From: Planctomycetota bacterium | Lineage (GTDB): Bacteria > Planctomycetota > UBA1135 > UBA2386 | Assembly (NCBI GenBank): GCA_016713175.1 | Contig: JADJPQ010000029.1 | Coordinates: forward strand, 23,703 to 87,702 | Reading direction: 5' to 3' | Length of the DNA stretch: 64,000 nucleotides | In this document: positions 46,593-56,920 of the stretch, in pieces | Numbering within the stretch: position 1 is the stretch's first letter | How the letters are laid out: each line of letters starts with the position of its first letter | The notes under the pieces: model-generated | What the model was told of the DNA's origin: nothing | What the model saw: only the letters and a program-made list of their open reading frames with translations | Database searches by the model: none | Made by a program: the position numbers and the translations under genes

Positions 46593-48509
46593 CTAGTAGG
46601 CAGTCCCCAGGGTGCTGACCTCGATCAGCACGGCGTTGGTCAAACCAATGCCACATGGCTGACTGCCATCGATGGTCGCTCCTTGCAGCACGAGTTCCAA
46701 CCCGAACCCGGGATGCGGCAGCTGCATCGTCTGCAACAACCCGACCGTCAGCGGCTGATCGAACACCAGAGCGGAGAACGGGGAACCCGAGCAGCCGAGC
46801 AGTTGCTGCGGACCGGGCACACCGAACCCGGCCAGCAGGAATGTCGCGGGTGCGGTCGAGTCGATCTGCACTGGTTGGCCAGCCAGCACCGTGACGCGCC
46901 GGCCGAGGCCGCCGATGCTGCCGTTCACCGTCAGCGGTGCGCCGGGCAGAGTGCCGGCGGCCGCGCCGACAAACAGCGTCGGCAGTGGGTCGACGCCGAG
47001 ACCCCGTACCACCAGGTGTCCCGGATTGGCCTTCCAGTTGCTGTTGGCCAGCGTCATGCCTTCGACCCAGTCCATCGCGGTCGGTGACACGCGATAGCGG
47101 AGGACCACCTGCTCGGCCGTGACCATCTGGAACTGCCCGTTGCCAACGGCGATCTCGAACTGCGCCGCGGCACCGAAATCGAGAGTCGCGAACAGGCCGC
47201 GCGACAGGATCGACCCGGGATGGTCGTCTTCACCCTGCTTGTAGTCGACAATGATGATGATGTCGCCGTGGATGATGTAGCCATCGCGAACGACCGGTTC
47301 GTCGGGATTGACGGTGCGACTCGCCACCCGCGCAACCTCGACACCGCCGGAATAGCAGAAGATGTCCGCGACGACCGGCGCGGTGCCGAACACCGCCGAG
47401 AAGTCCTGGCGAATCGCCGTAGCGTTGCCCTCCCTGGTAAACGCCAGACGCCCGAGTTCCTGACCCGACTGGCCACCGCGGGCGCCAAGAACGGTCAGTT
47501 CGAAGCGATCGCCGCTGTCGATCGGCAGACCAATGGGCAAGTCGAACATCGCGCACCGCGCGCGGCCGAAGTCGATGGCGATTCCATCACCGGGAGCCTG
47601 CAGGTTCTGCACCTGCAGATCCTGGCCGTGGACCAGCGCCAGGTTGCCGGTGCCAACCGTCGTCACGCCAAAGCCGGCGACCGCACTGCCGGCATCGACG
47701 ATATCGAAGTGCGACATGGTGTCGCTGGTCGTGAACACGCTGACCTGGTCGAACGCGGTAACGGGCACGAGATCCCGTGAGATGATCCGCACCATGTCGG
47801 CGTGGATCGGCGGCTGCGTGTCGACCGTGATTGGCACCTCCTGCTGGAACACGAACGACTCGCCCACCGAGGGATCCGGGAACGGTGGCGTCCACCACCA
47901 CCGCGGTGACGTCCGACACCACGACGACGGCGGCTCGAAGACGAGGTGATCCGGCACCGCCGTCGGCGGCAGTTCGATCTCGAAGTCGTGCCCCGGTCCG
48001 AAGTCCATCTGGCCGACGATCTGGTTGCGTGCAAACAGCACCACCGAGACGCCATTGGCCTGAACCGCCGGCCGGATCGGACGAACGCGCCAGCCGGCAT
48101 GGTCGCGCGCAATGCGGGTCCGATCCAGCGGCGACAGCGCGACTCCTTGCCGGACACCGCGCAGCGGCACGAACAACGACGTGCCGATCGGCACGTTGCC
48201 GAGGTCGAGCACCAACGCCAGCCCCAAGCACCCTCGCGACGTGAACGAGGCACCCCAGGCCGAACCCGCCGCCGCGGCCGGATCCCGGCTCGCCCGCACG
48301 AGTTCCCCGGTGCGCGTGGCGGCCGCAAGCTTCTGCACGAGACCAGCGGCATAGGGGCCAACGTCATGCCCGGTGAACCGGGTGGCCTGCGCGGCGAGTT
48401 CGTCGCCGCCCAAAGCCATCCCCAGCCACAGCGCGGCCAGGCTGCCAATGCGCGAACGATCGCCCGACAACAAGCACGCCGGGGATCCCTTGCACCGATT
48501 CGTAGACAT
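46593..48509 (-). CDS. Large secreted hypothetical protein with the recurrent C-terminal domain
   Basis: ATG at 48509. Hydrophobic leader IGSLAALWLGMALGG. C-terminus LLGCSGSPFSALVFDQP...LVLQGATIDG...GLTNAVLIEV. Confidence 0.6.
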   Translation of the reverse strand: MSTNRCKGSPACLLSGDRSRIGSLAALWLGMALGGDELAAQATRFTGHDVGPYAAGLVQKLAAATRTGELVRASRDPAAAAGSAWGASFTSRGCLGLALVLDLGNVPIGTSLFVPLRGVRQGVALSPLDRTRIARDHAGWRVRPIRPAVQANGVSVVLFARNQIVGQMDFGPGHDFEIELPPTAVPDHLVFEPPSSWCRTSPRWWWTPPFPDPSVGESFVFQQEVPITVDTQPPIHADMVRIISRDLVPVTAFDQVSVFTTSDTMSHFDIVDAGSAVAGFGVTTVGTGNLALVHGQDLQVQNLQAPGDGIAIDFGRARCAMFDLPIGLPIDSGDRFELTVLGARGGQSGQELGRLAFTREGNATAIRQDFSAVFGTAPVVADIFCYSGGVEVARVASRTVNPDEPVVRDGYIIHGDIIIIVDYKQGEDDHPGSILSRGLFATLDFGAAAQFEIAVGNGQFQMVTAEQVVLRYRVSPTAMDWVEGMTLANSNWKANPGHLVVRGLGVDPLPTLFVGAAAGTLPGAPLTVNGSIGGLGRRVTVLAGQPVQIDSTAPATFLLAGFGVPGPQQLLGCSGSPFSALVFDQPLTVGLLQTMQLPHPGFGLELVLQGATIDGSQPCGIGLTNAVLIEVSTLGTAY

Positions 48510-48558
48510 CCAAACACCTCATGGGTTGATGGGTGCACGACAACCGGCACCCGACGAC

Positions 48559-48587
48559 CTCAGCAGGCGTTCGGCCCGTTCGTCACG
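48559..48587 (-). promoter_or_regulatory. Bipartite motif CGTGACGA-N13-CTGCTGAG (candidate promoter), copy 3
   Basis: Minus-strand reading. Its CTGCTG half lies 50 nt upstream of the ATG at 48509. Confidence 0.4.
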
Positions 48588-48613
48588 CGGGTTCGGCCGA
48601 AAACCGGATCCGA

Positions 48614-49549
48614 TCAGCGCGCCAGCCGCAGGCCGTTGCTGGTCAGCACCCGGCCGTCCGCCAAGAAGGCCACACCCTGCACATGCAGTGCGACCCCGGG
48701 AGGCGGCGCGAGATCCGGCAAGTTCAGCGTCGCGATGCCTGCCAGCGTCGGAACCGCGGCGACGAACGAGGCCTCGGTCAACTGTTGGCAGTACGGTGCC
48801 CACGGCAGCGGCATCGCCATCGACGTCAGCCCGGCGATGAACAACACCGGCTCGGCGCCACCGGACTGGCACCGCAGGCGAATCTGTCCCTCGCTCGGCC
48901 GATCCCCGGTCAACGCCATGCACGCAGAGCCATACGGAACCAACGGCGGCGGCTCGACAGCAACCGACAGATCGACCTCGGTCCGTTCGACGATGGCGTA
49001 GAAGACAGCCACGCCGCCGGATGAAGCGGCCATCCGCACTACGGTGCCGCCTGCCGGGACGCGGACAACGAACTCACGCCGAACCTCAGCCGTGGCCCCC
49101 GACCCTGAGTACTCGAGCACGCCATCGACCCCGACATCGATGGTCACACTGCCGCCGAACAGAGTGCCGCCGTTGGTCAGGTGGCGCAGCCGCAAGCGCG
49201 TCCAGCCGGTAGCGGTCTCGGCGATCTGCAGGTCGACCTGGGCAGAACATTGGAACTGACCACTGCCGCTGGTCCAGCTCAGCAAGGCGCTGCCAGTCAC
49301 GCGAAGCCCGAGTGCGACCGTGCCGATCGGCTGCGCCGGCAGCCACCCGACGCCAGCCGACGCCGTCGATTGGACGCCAACCGCGGAGACCGCGGCACCG
49401 CCGGCCGGCAGCGGAGCCGGGCCGGAGCGGTCGAGGACACCGTTGGCATCCGCCACCAACGTCGCCGCAGCCGACACCACGGGTGCCTGACCGGTGGTGG
49501 GCCGCAGGCAGAGGGAGCACAACAACGACACGGCAACTCGCAACTTCAT
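48614..49549 (-). CDS. Secreted hypothetical protein with the recurrent C-terminal domain
   Basis: ATG at 49549 gives the signal MKLRVAVSLLCSLCLRPTTGQA. C-terminus YGSACMALTG...LHVQGVAFLADG...SNGLRL. Confidence 0.6.
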   Translation of the reverse strand: MKLRVAVSLLCSLCLRPTTGQAPVVSAAATLVADANGVLDRSGPAPLPAGGAAVSAVGVQSTASAGVGWLPAQPIGTVALGLRVTGSALLSWTSGSGQFQCSAQVDLQIAETATGWTRLRLRHLTNGGTLFGGSVTIDVGVDGVLEYSGSGATAEVRREFVVRVPAGGTVVRMAASSGGVAVFYAIVERTEVDLSVAVEPPPLVPYGSACMALTGDRPSEGQIRLRCQSGGAEPVLFIAGLTSMAMPLPWAPYCQQLTEASFVAAVPTLAGIATLNLPDLAPPPGVALHVQGVAFLADGRVLTSNGLRLAR

Positions 49550-49574
49550 GGTTCGCCTCGGGTGGTACGACCCC

Positions 49575-49603
49575 ATCAGCAGGCCCAAGGAGCAACTGTC
49601 ACC
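49575..49603 (-). promoter_or_regulatory. Bipartite motif GGTGACAG-N13-CTGCTGAT (candidate promoter), copy 2
   Basis: Minus-strand reading. It lies 26 nt upstream of the ATG at 49549, within the divergent region shared with the ECF sigma gene. Confidence 0.45.
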
Positions 49604-49719
49604 GACATTCGCGCCGATCCAGTGTTGGCCTGCTCGCAACGGGTCGGGCTCCGCCGGTGACTGGGGCGTCCCGCCAGATCTTGCGAGGCACGCGGCAGAC
49701 CTTACCCTCTGCGTCGCCC

Positions 49720-50259
49720 ATGCCCGCCCCTTCACGGCTCGACGACCTGCGCGGCTGGTTCGAACAGCACGCGTCGGTACTGTACTGTTGGCTGCGCGCC
49801 CGCGTCAAACCGTCGCTGCGCGCCGATTTCGACGCCGAGGACCTGCTGCAGGAAGTGTGGCTGCGAGCCGTGCGCGTGCTGCCGGACACGCCGGTCGCCA
49901 ACCCGCGCGCCTGGCTGCTGTCGATCGCCGGCTACGTGTTCCTGGAAGCCATGCGCGGATGGCAGCGACGCGCGCGACTCCTGGCGGTGAGCGCGGATGG
50001 CAGCCAGGTCGACGTCACCGACGAAGTCACGACGATGACGCGCCGGGTCGCGCGCGACGAACTGCGCCAGCGATTCTTCGCGTCGCTCGACAACCTCGAC
50101 GACGACGATCGCCAATTGCTGCTGCAGCATGGCCTCGAAGGCCGCTCCTTGGCACAGGTGAGCGAACGGCTCGGCATCTCGACCGAGGCCGCCTACAAGC
50201 GCTGGCAGCGGTTGCGCGCCCAGCTGATGCAGCTCGGTTCACCGGCGGACCTGATGTAG
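49720..50259 (+). CDS. ECF-type RNA polymerase sigma factor
   Basis: Region 2 is DLLQEVWLRAV...AWLLSIAGYVFLEAMR. Region 4 is RSLAQVSERLGISTEAAYKRWQRLRAQL. ATG at 49720. Confidence 0.8.
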   Translation: MPAPSRLDDLRGWFEQHASVLYCWLRARVKPSLRADFDAEDLLQEVWLRAVRVLPDTPVANPRAWLLSIAGYVFLEAMRGWQRRARLLAVSADGSQVDVTDEVTTMTRRVARDELRQRFFASLDNLDDDDRQLLLQHGLEGRSLAQVSERLGISTEAAYKRWQRLRAQLMQLGSPADLM

Positions 50260-50448
50260 CTCAGCGACACCGCCGCCCAGGCCGGCCTCGCGACGTCGGC
50301 GCTGCGCTCGTTCGTATTCCTCGGCCACTGCGGTCGCCGCGCGTGGGAACTGCTGCAGGTAATGCGCCAACGGTCGATCCCGGCCGGCGGCGAGATCCGC
50401 CGCCAGCCGATCCAGGAAGTTCAGCAGCTCGAGTGGATCGTCGTTCAA
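50239..50448 (-). CDS. Small (69 aa) protein resembling the N-terminal leader of the two Ser/Thr kinases
   Basis: TTG start with GGGAG 5 nt upstream. High GC3 over the first 45 codons or so. PLELLNFLDRLAADLAAGRDRPLAHYLQQFP compares with SLETLLADCLARFSHGGGDPLPELCARHP of the kinase at 42369. It overlaps the sigma gene 3' end by 21 nt (convergent). Confidence 0.4.
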   Translation of the reverse strand: MNDDPLELLNFLDRLAADLAAGRDRPLAHYLQQFPRAATAVAEEYERAQRRRREAGLGGGVAELHQVRR

Positions 50449-50475
50449 ACGAGTCTCCCGCTCGCGCGGGGCTGG

Positions 50476-50769
50476 TCAGCGCAGCCGGCGGGTGATCGCG
50501 AGGATGTTGCCACCGGACAGCGTCGAGGTCAGTTGTGTCGGCGCGCCAGTGGCGGCATCGAGGTCGTAGATGCGGACCTGGTCGAAGTTGCTGACGAACA
50601 GCTTGCGACCCAGGTCCGACACGGCGAGGCACTTGGCACCCGGGAACGGCGCCAGCAGTTCGGCGGTGAACGGAATCGGGGCGCTGGCAGCGACGTAGGC
50701 ACCATCGCCCTCCGCTGCCTCCAGCACCAGCAGCTGCCAGCCCGACGTGGGGAACGCCGGCGCCGCCAT
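50476..50769 (-). CDS. Hypothetical protein (97 aa)
   Basis: Very high GC3 (about 88% by hand count). The opposite-strand ORF is Arg-rich shadow. An alternative ATG lies at 50826. Confidence 0.45.
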   Translation of the reverse strand: MAAPAFPTSGWQLLVLEAAEGDGAYVAASAPIPFTAELLAPFPGAKCLAVSDLGRKLFVSNFDQVRIYDLDAATGAPTQLTSTLSGGNILAITRRLR

Positions 50770-51010
50770 CAGACACGACCGTTCGCCCGCGGCGGCGCGT
50801 CGGCGGTGAACGTGCGTGCGTTGCATCGTGGAACTCCGGTGGTGACGGATACGGTGCGGGTGCGCACCGACCTCGTTGAGCAGTGGCACCGGACGCCACC
50901 GACTGGACAATCCGGGCCAACGATTTCCGCGCTCCCCCCATGGGCGGGCGCCCGCCGCTATCATCGTCGACCTGCGCGGTATCCATGCCATCGCCGCGCA
51001 AGGAGGCTGC

Positions 51011-51551
51011 ATGGCGTTCGGTTGGTTCCGGCAGCGCCGGTCCGCACTGGCCCTGCCCGCAGAGGATCCCCGTTCCAGCATCCCGCTGTTGCACGATCGC
51101 GTGCAGGCGGCACTCGGCAACCCCGGCACGTATCTGTGCCGACCGCAACCCGGCGGCGAATTGTTGCGCGGACTCGGCGCGACCACCCCGCTGCTGCGCT
51201 GGCAATGGCAATCGGGTCATCGCGATGAACTCGCGGTGCTCGCTGCCAGCGCCGCCGAGTCGTGGCTTTGCATCGAACGCAACCGCAACGGCGAGACGAT
51301 CTGCCAGGTCGGTGGCCTGCTGCCCGCTGCGGTCGTCGCCGATCCGTGGCGCCTGGCGAACACGCTGCAGAAGCTGTTCGACGCCAATCTGCGACTCGAC
51401 CCGCCACTGCTCGACAGCGCCCCGGACGCGATCACGTGCAGCGAACGGCTGCCGGCCCGCCACGCCGAGGCGTTGTTCGCGATCGCCTTGCGGCAGTTGC
51501 CCGGGCCCGACCGGGTCGACGGCGCGGCGTTCGCGGACTGGTGGGCGCGCG

Positions 51552-51577
<26 letters not shown>
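51011..51577 (+). CDS. Hypothetical protein
   Basis: Strong AGGAGG (51001-51006) lies 4 nt before the ATG at 51011. Balanced composition. The 3' end overlaps the aspS 3' end by 26 nt (convergent). Confidence 0.55.
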
Positions 51578-53354
<1,777 letters not shown>

Positions 53355-53532
53355 GTCGCTACTTGCCTTGCCAACCAGTGGGGCGGCGAGTCGTATCCGC
53401 GCTGGGGGATCCGGTCCACGGCGAACCGTGTGCAGTCCCACCGTAACCAAAGCCGATGGCCGTGATATTGTCCGTTGCGTCGGAGGACTCCTGCAGCCGG
53501 CGCTCCTGCTTCCCACGGTCCGTATCCTGCCG

Positions 53533-55797
53533 ATGCCAACGCCGTTCTTGCGTGGCCACCTGCCACCACACGCCTTCGGCGTGGGTCTGCTGACTGTTCG
53601 TACGCTGCTTGGGCAGGCCGATTGGCAGGAGCAGGTCCGGTTCGTCCCGATCGCGGACGCCGCCTGCGCGCTCGACCCGGTGCGCAACCAGATCGTGGTG
53701 TTCGGCGGCGACGACGGCGCCCGCCGGGTCGCCCACACCTGGGTCTGGAACGGCACCGGCTTCGACCGGCGCGCACCGACGACCTCGCCAGCCGCCCGTT
53801 CGGGCCATGCCGCCGCATTCGACGCGACCCGGCAGCGGCTGGTCCTGTTCGGCGGCGCCGGCACCCAAGGCGACCTCGCCGACACCTGGCTCTGGGATGG
53901 GACCAACTGGGCGCAGGCCAGCCCTGCCGGCGCACCGCTGGCGCGGCACGGCCACGCCATGGCCTGGTTGAACGGTGCCAACCGGATCGTGCTGTTTGGC
54001 GGCGCACGGACGGCGGCGCTGCGGCAGGACACCTGGGAATGGAACGGCACGACCTGGACGCAGCGTTCGCCGGCCCATGTACCGCCAGCGCGCGAACGCG
54101 CGGCGATGGCCACCCAGGGCTCCGGCCAACCCCTGTTGTTCGGTGGCCAAGGCGGCGGTGGCCCGTTGGCGGATACCTGGTCCTGGAACGGTGTCGATTG
54201 GGTCGGCCAGGCGGCCGGTCCGTCGGCTCGCGCCGGCGCGACCTTGACGGCGACCCCGGGCGGCGGCCTGGTCCTGGCCGGCGGGGCCGATGCTCTCGGA
54301 CTGCGCACCGACACCTGGACCTGGAACGGCTCGAACTGGAGCGCACGCACGGTCGCCGGCCTGCAGCCGCGGCAGGGTGCCACCAGCGCGTTCGATCCGG
54401 CGCTCGGCCAGGCATTGGTGATCGGCGGCGTCAGCACCGGCAATGCCCGGCTCGACGATGCGGTCAGCTACACCGGCTCCACGTGGCAGACCCGGACCGT
54501 TGCCGACGACCCGCTGGCGCGCAGCGGCCACGCGATGTGCATGGATCCGCAACGCAGCCGGCTGGTGCTGTTCGGCGGTGCCGACGGCGCCGCCCGGACC
54601 CTCGGCGACACCTGGGAATGGGATGGCTTGCGGTGGCACCTGCTGCCGACCGCGATCGCGCCGACGCCCCGCCAGTTCCACGCCCTCGCCTTCGATCCGA
54701 TCCGCAACCGGACGTTGCTGTTCGGCGGTCGCGATCTCGGCGGTGGTCGCGACGACACCTGGGAGTGGGATGGTTTCGCCTGGAACCTGCTACAGCCGCC
54801 GATCGCGCCGCCGCCACGGCAGTTCCATGCCCTGTGCGCCGCGGGCTCGGCAACGCTGCTGTTGTTCGGCGGCATCGACAACGCCTTCGCGTCGCTCGGT
54901 GACACCTGGCAGTGGAACGGCAGCACTTGGACCGAACTGTTCGTGCCGGGGCCGAGTCCACGCGAATACCACGCGATGGCCTGGGATCCCGAACGGGCCC
55001 AGGTCGTACTGTTCGGCGGCCGCGACAGCACCGCGGCGCGCAACGACACCTGGACGTTTGCCAACGGCGTCTGGACGCTCCGCACGCCCGCGGCGTCGCC
55101 GTCCCCACGCCTGTACCACAGCATGACCTACGCGCAGGAGCGCGACCGGGTACTGCTGGCCTTCGGCCTCGACGCCGCGTTCCTGCCGCTGGCCGACACC
55201 TGGGAGTGGAACGGCGCGACCTGGCAACTGCGGACCACCGGCACGGCCGTGGAAGCACGCTACGGCGCGGCCCTGGCCCACGAACCGACGGCGAAACGGA
55301 CCTTGCTGTTCGGCGGCAGCAATCTGACGGCGGCGTTCCCGCACACGTGGATCTACCGCTCGCAACCACCCGCCGACTTCACGACCTATGGCACCGGCTG
55401 CGCCGGCTCCGCCGGCGTGCCAAGGCTTGGTCCGGCCGGCAACAGCCGGCCGTGGCTCGGCGATCTGTTCACCGTGCAGATCGACAATCTGCCCGCGACC
55501 GCCGGTGCGATGCTGATGGTGTTCGGGTTCTCCGACCAGACCTGGAACGGACAACCGCTGCCGATCGCGCTGGCCTCCTTCGGGCTGCCCGGCTGCCAGG
55601 CCTGGTTGTCGATCGACGAGTTCTTCCTGTCGCTGCACACCGGCTCGACGCACCGGTTCGCCTGGGTGATCCCCAACCAGACGAACCTGCTCGGCGTGCG
55701 CTACCACAAGCAGGCGCTGGTGCTCGATGCTGGCGCCGGCAATCCGTTCGGCGGCTCGATCAGCAACGCCGGCACCGCGACGCTCGGCCGGCGCTGA
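53533..55797 (+). CDS. Kelch-repeat (beta-propeller) protein with the recurrent C-terminal domain
   Basis: More than 10 repeats of the type R.GHA...D..R.R.VLFGG....L.DTWEWDG..W. C-terminus YGTGCAGSAGVPRL...GFS...PLPIALASFGLPGC. ATG at 53533. Confidence 0.8.
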   Translation: MPTPFLRGHLPPHAFGVGLLTVRTLLGQADWQEQVRFVPIADAACALDPVRNQIVVFGGDDGARRVAHTWVWNGTGFDRRAPTTSPAARSGHAAAFDATRQRLVLFGGAGTQGDLADTWLWDGTNWAQASPAGAPLARHGHAMAWLNGANRIVLFGGARTAALRQDTWEWNGTTWTQRSPAHVPPARERAAMATQGSGQPLLFGGQGGGGPLADTWSWNGVDWVGQAAGPSARAGATLTATPGGGLVLAGGADALGLRTDTWTWNGSNWSARTVAGLQPRQGATSAFDPALGQALVIGGVSTGNARLDDAVSYTGSTWQTRTVADDPLARSGHAMCMDPQRSRLVLFGGADGAARTLGDTWEWDGLRWHLLPTAIAPTPRQFHALAFDPIRNRTLLFGGRDLGGGRDDTWEWDGFAWNLLQPPIAPPPRQFHALCAAGSATLLLFGGIDNAFASLGDTWQWNGSTWTELFVPGPSPREYHAMAWDPERAQVVLFGGRDSTAARNDTWTFANGVWTLRTPAASPSPRLYHSMTYAQERDRVLLAFGLDAAFLPLADTWEWNGATWQLRTTGTAVEARYGAALAHEPTAKRTLLFGGSNLTAAFPHTWIYRSQPPADFTTYGTGCAGSAGVPRLGPAGNSRPWLGDLFTVQIDNLPATAGAMLMVFGFSDQTWNGQPLPIALASFGLPGCQAWLSIDEFFLSLHTGSTHRFAWVIPNQTNLLGVRYHKQALVLDAGAGNPFGGSISNAGTATLGRR

Positions 55798-55801
55798 ACG
55801 T

Positions 55802-56587
55802 TCACCAGGGTGCACCGATGAGGTCGATGCCGGCGATCAGCTCGTCGCAGCGCCGCGCGATGCGCAGGGCCTGACCGGTGACCGCCGCATCGCGGCCTGC
55901 CGAGGCGATGCCGTGCAGGTGCTGTGCCGCCGCCAACAGGTGGCCCCGCGCCTGACGCACGGCCAGCCCCTGGCGCACCCGACTCTCGAGGTCGGCAGCG
56001 ACCTGCCAGGCCTGATCGACGGCCGCCTGTGCCCATGGCGCCACGGCCTTGCCCTGCAACGCCCGCAGCTGCAGCACCAGCAACGGCTCGGCCAGCACCA
56101 TCGGGGGCGCGAAATCCGTGGGCAGCGCGATCGGCGGGTGGAGCCCGGTCGTCGCGGCGTTCAGCGCGAGCAGCTCTTCGCCGATCGCCAACGCCTCATC
56201 GAGCCGCGGATCCCACGCTCGCGCGCGGCCGGCCGGAGCCCGCAGATCGCCGAGCGCCACCAGTTCGCGCAGCAGCCACTGCCCGGCCTGCACGGCGCCG
56301 ACGTGGGTCGTCAGCACGGCGCGAGCCTCTCGCAGCGTCGCGAGCGCAGTCGGCTCGCGGGTCGCCACGCTGGTCCGCATTGCGCGCACCGTGGCGACCG
56401 CATCGCCGTCGGCGGTCGCGACCAGCACCGACAGATTGGCGATCGCCAGCCCCCGCCAGGCCTCGGCCGTGAACGCCTGCGGCTCGGTGGTCACGGCAAA
56501 CGCCTGGATCGAGGCGAGCGGCGCTCGCTCTTCGACCGAGCGCACCCCCGGCAATTCCGCCAGGACCCCACGGGCCCTGCTCGCCAT
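55802..56587 (-). CDS. Hypothetical Ala/Leu-rich helical protein
   Basis: ATG at 56587. The opposite-strand ORFs are Arg-rich shadows. No motif recognised. Confidence 0.5.
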   Translation of the reverse strand: MASRARGVLAELPGVRSVEERAPLASIQAFAVTTEPQAFTAEAWRGLAIANLSVLVATADGDAVATVRAMRTSVATREPTALATLREARAVLTTHVGAVQAGQWLLRELVALGDLRAPAGRARAWDPRLDEALAIGEELLALNAATTGLHPPIALPTDFAPPMVLAEPLLVLQLRALQGKAVAPWAQAAVDQAWQVAADLESRVRQGLAVRQARGHLLAAAQHLHGIASAGRDAAVTGQALRIARRCDELIAGIDLIGAPW

Positions 56588-56590
56588 GCT

Positions 56591-56830
56591 TCAACACAGG
56601 AAAGCGACCTCGACATGCCAGCGGTCGGCGGCGACCGGCATCGGTGCCCGCAAAGCGGCATCCTGGCCCACCAACCCGGTGCACAAGAGAAGGCTGGCCC
56701 ACTTGTCGAACATGCAGCGCAGATGTCGTGACGCCGAACGGACCTTGCGCACGGAATCGTCGGGATCGAACACTGTCGTCCAGGCCCATGCGACTGCGCC
56801 CTGTTCGGTCGGGGTGGCCATGCGGTGCAT
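56591..56830 (-). CDS. Possible small protein (79 aa)
   Basis: Its stop lies 3 nt before the next ATG (56587). GC3 is about 77% by hand count. No homology recognised. Confidence 0.3.
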   Translation of the reverse strand: MHRMATPTEQGAVAWAWTTVFDPDDSVRKVRSASRHLRCMFDKWASLLLCTGLVGQDAALRAPMPVAADRWHVEVAFLC

Positions 56831-56920
56831 GCCCCATGGATGTCGCGTTGGCGTCACCGCCTTGCACCGGACGCGAAGTGTGTTCCGATCCAAGGCTCCC
56901 CCCTGCCCACGGAGCCTTCC

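Noticed and set aside
49656-49663. GGTGACTG upstream of the ECF sigma gene (and GGTGACGG near 50851) as further copies of the bipartite motif
   Set aside because: The second half-site CTGCTG is absent at the N13 position. GTGAC alone is too frequent in this GC-rich DNA to be meaningful.
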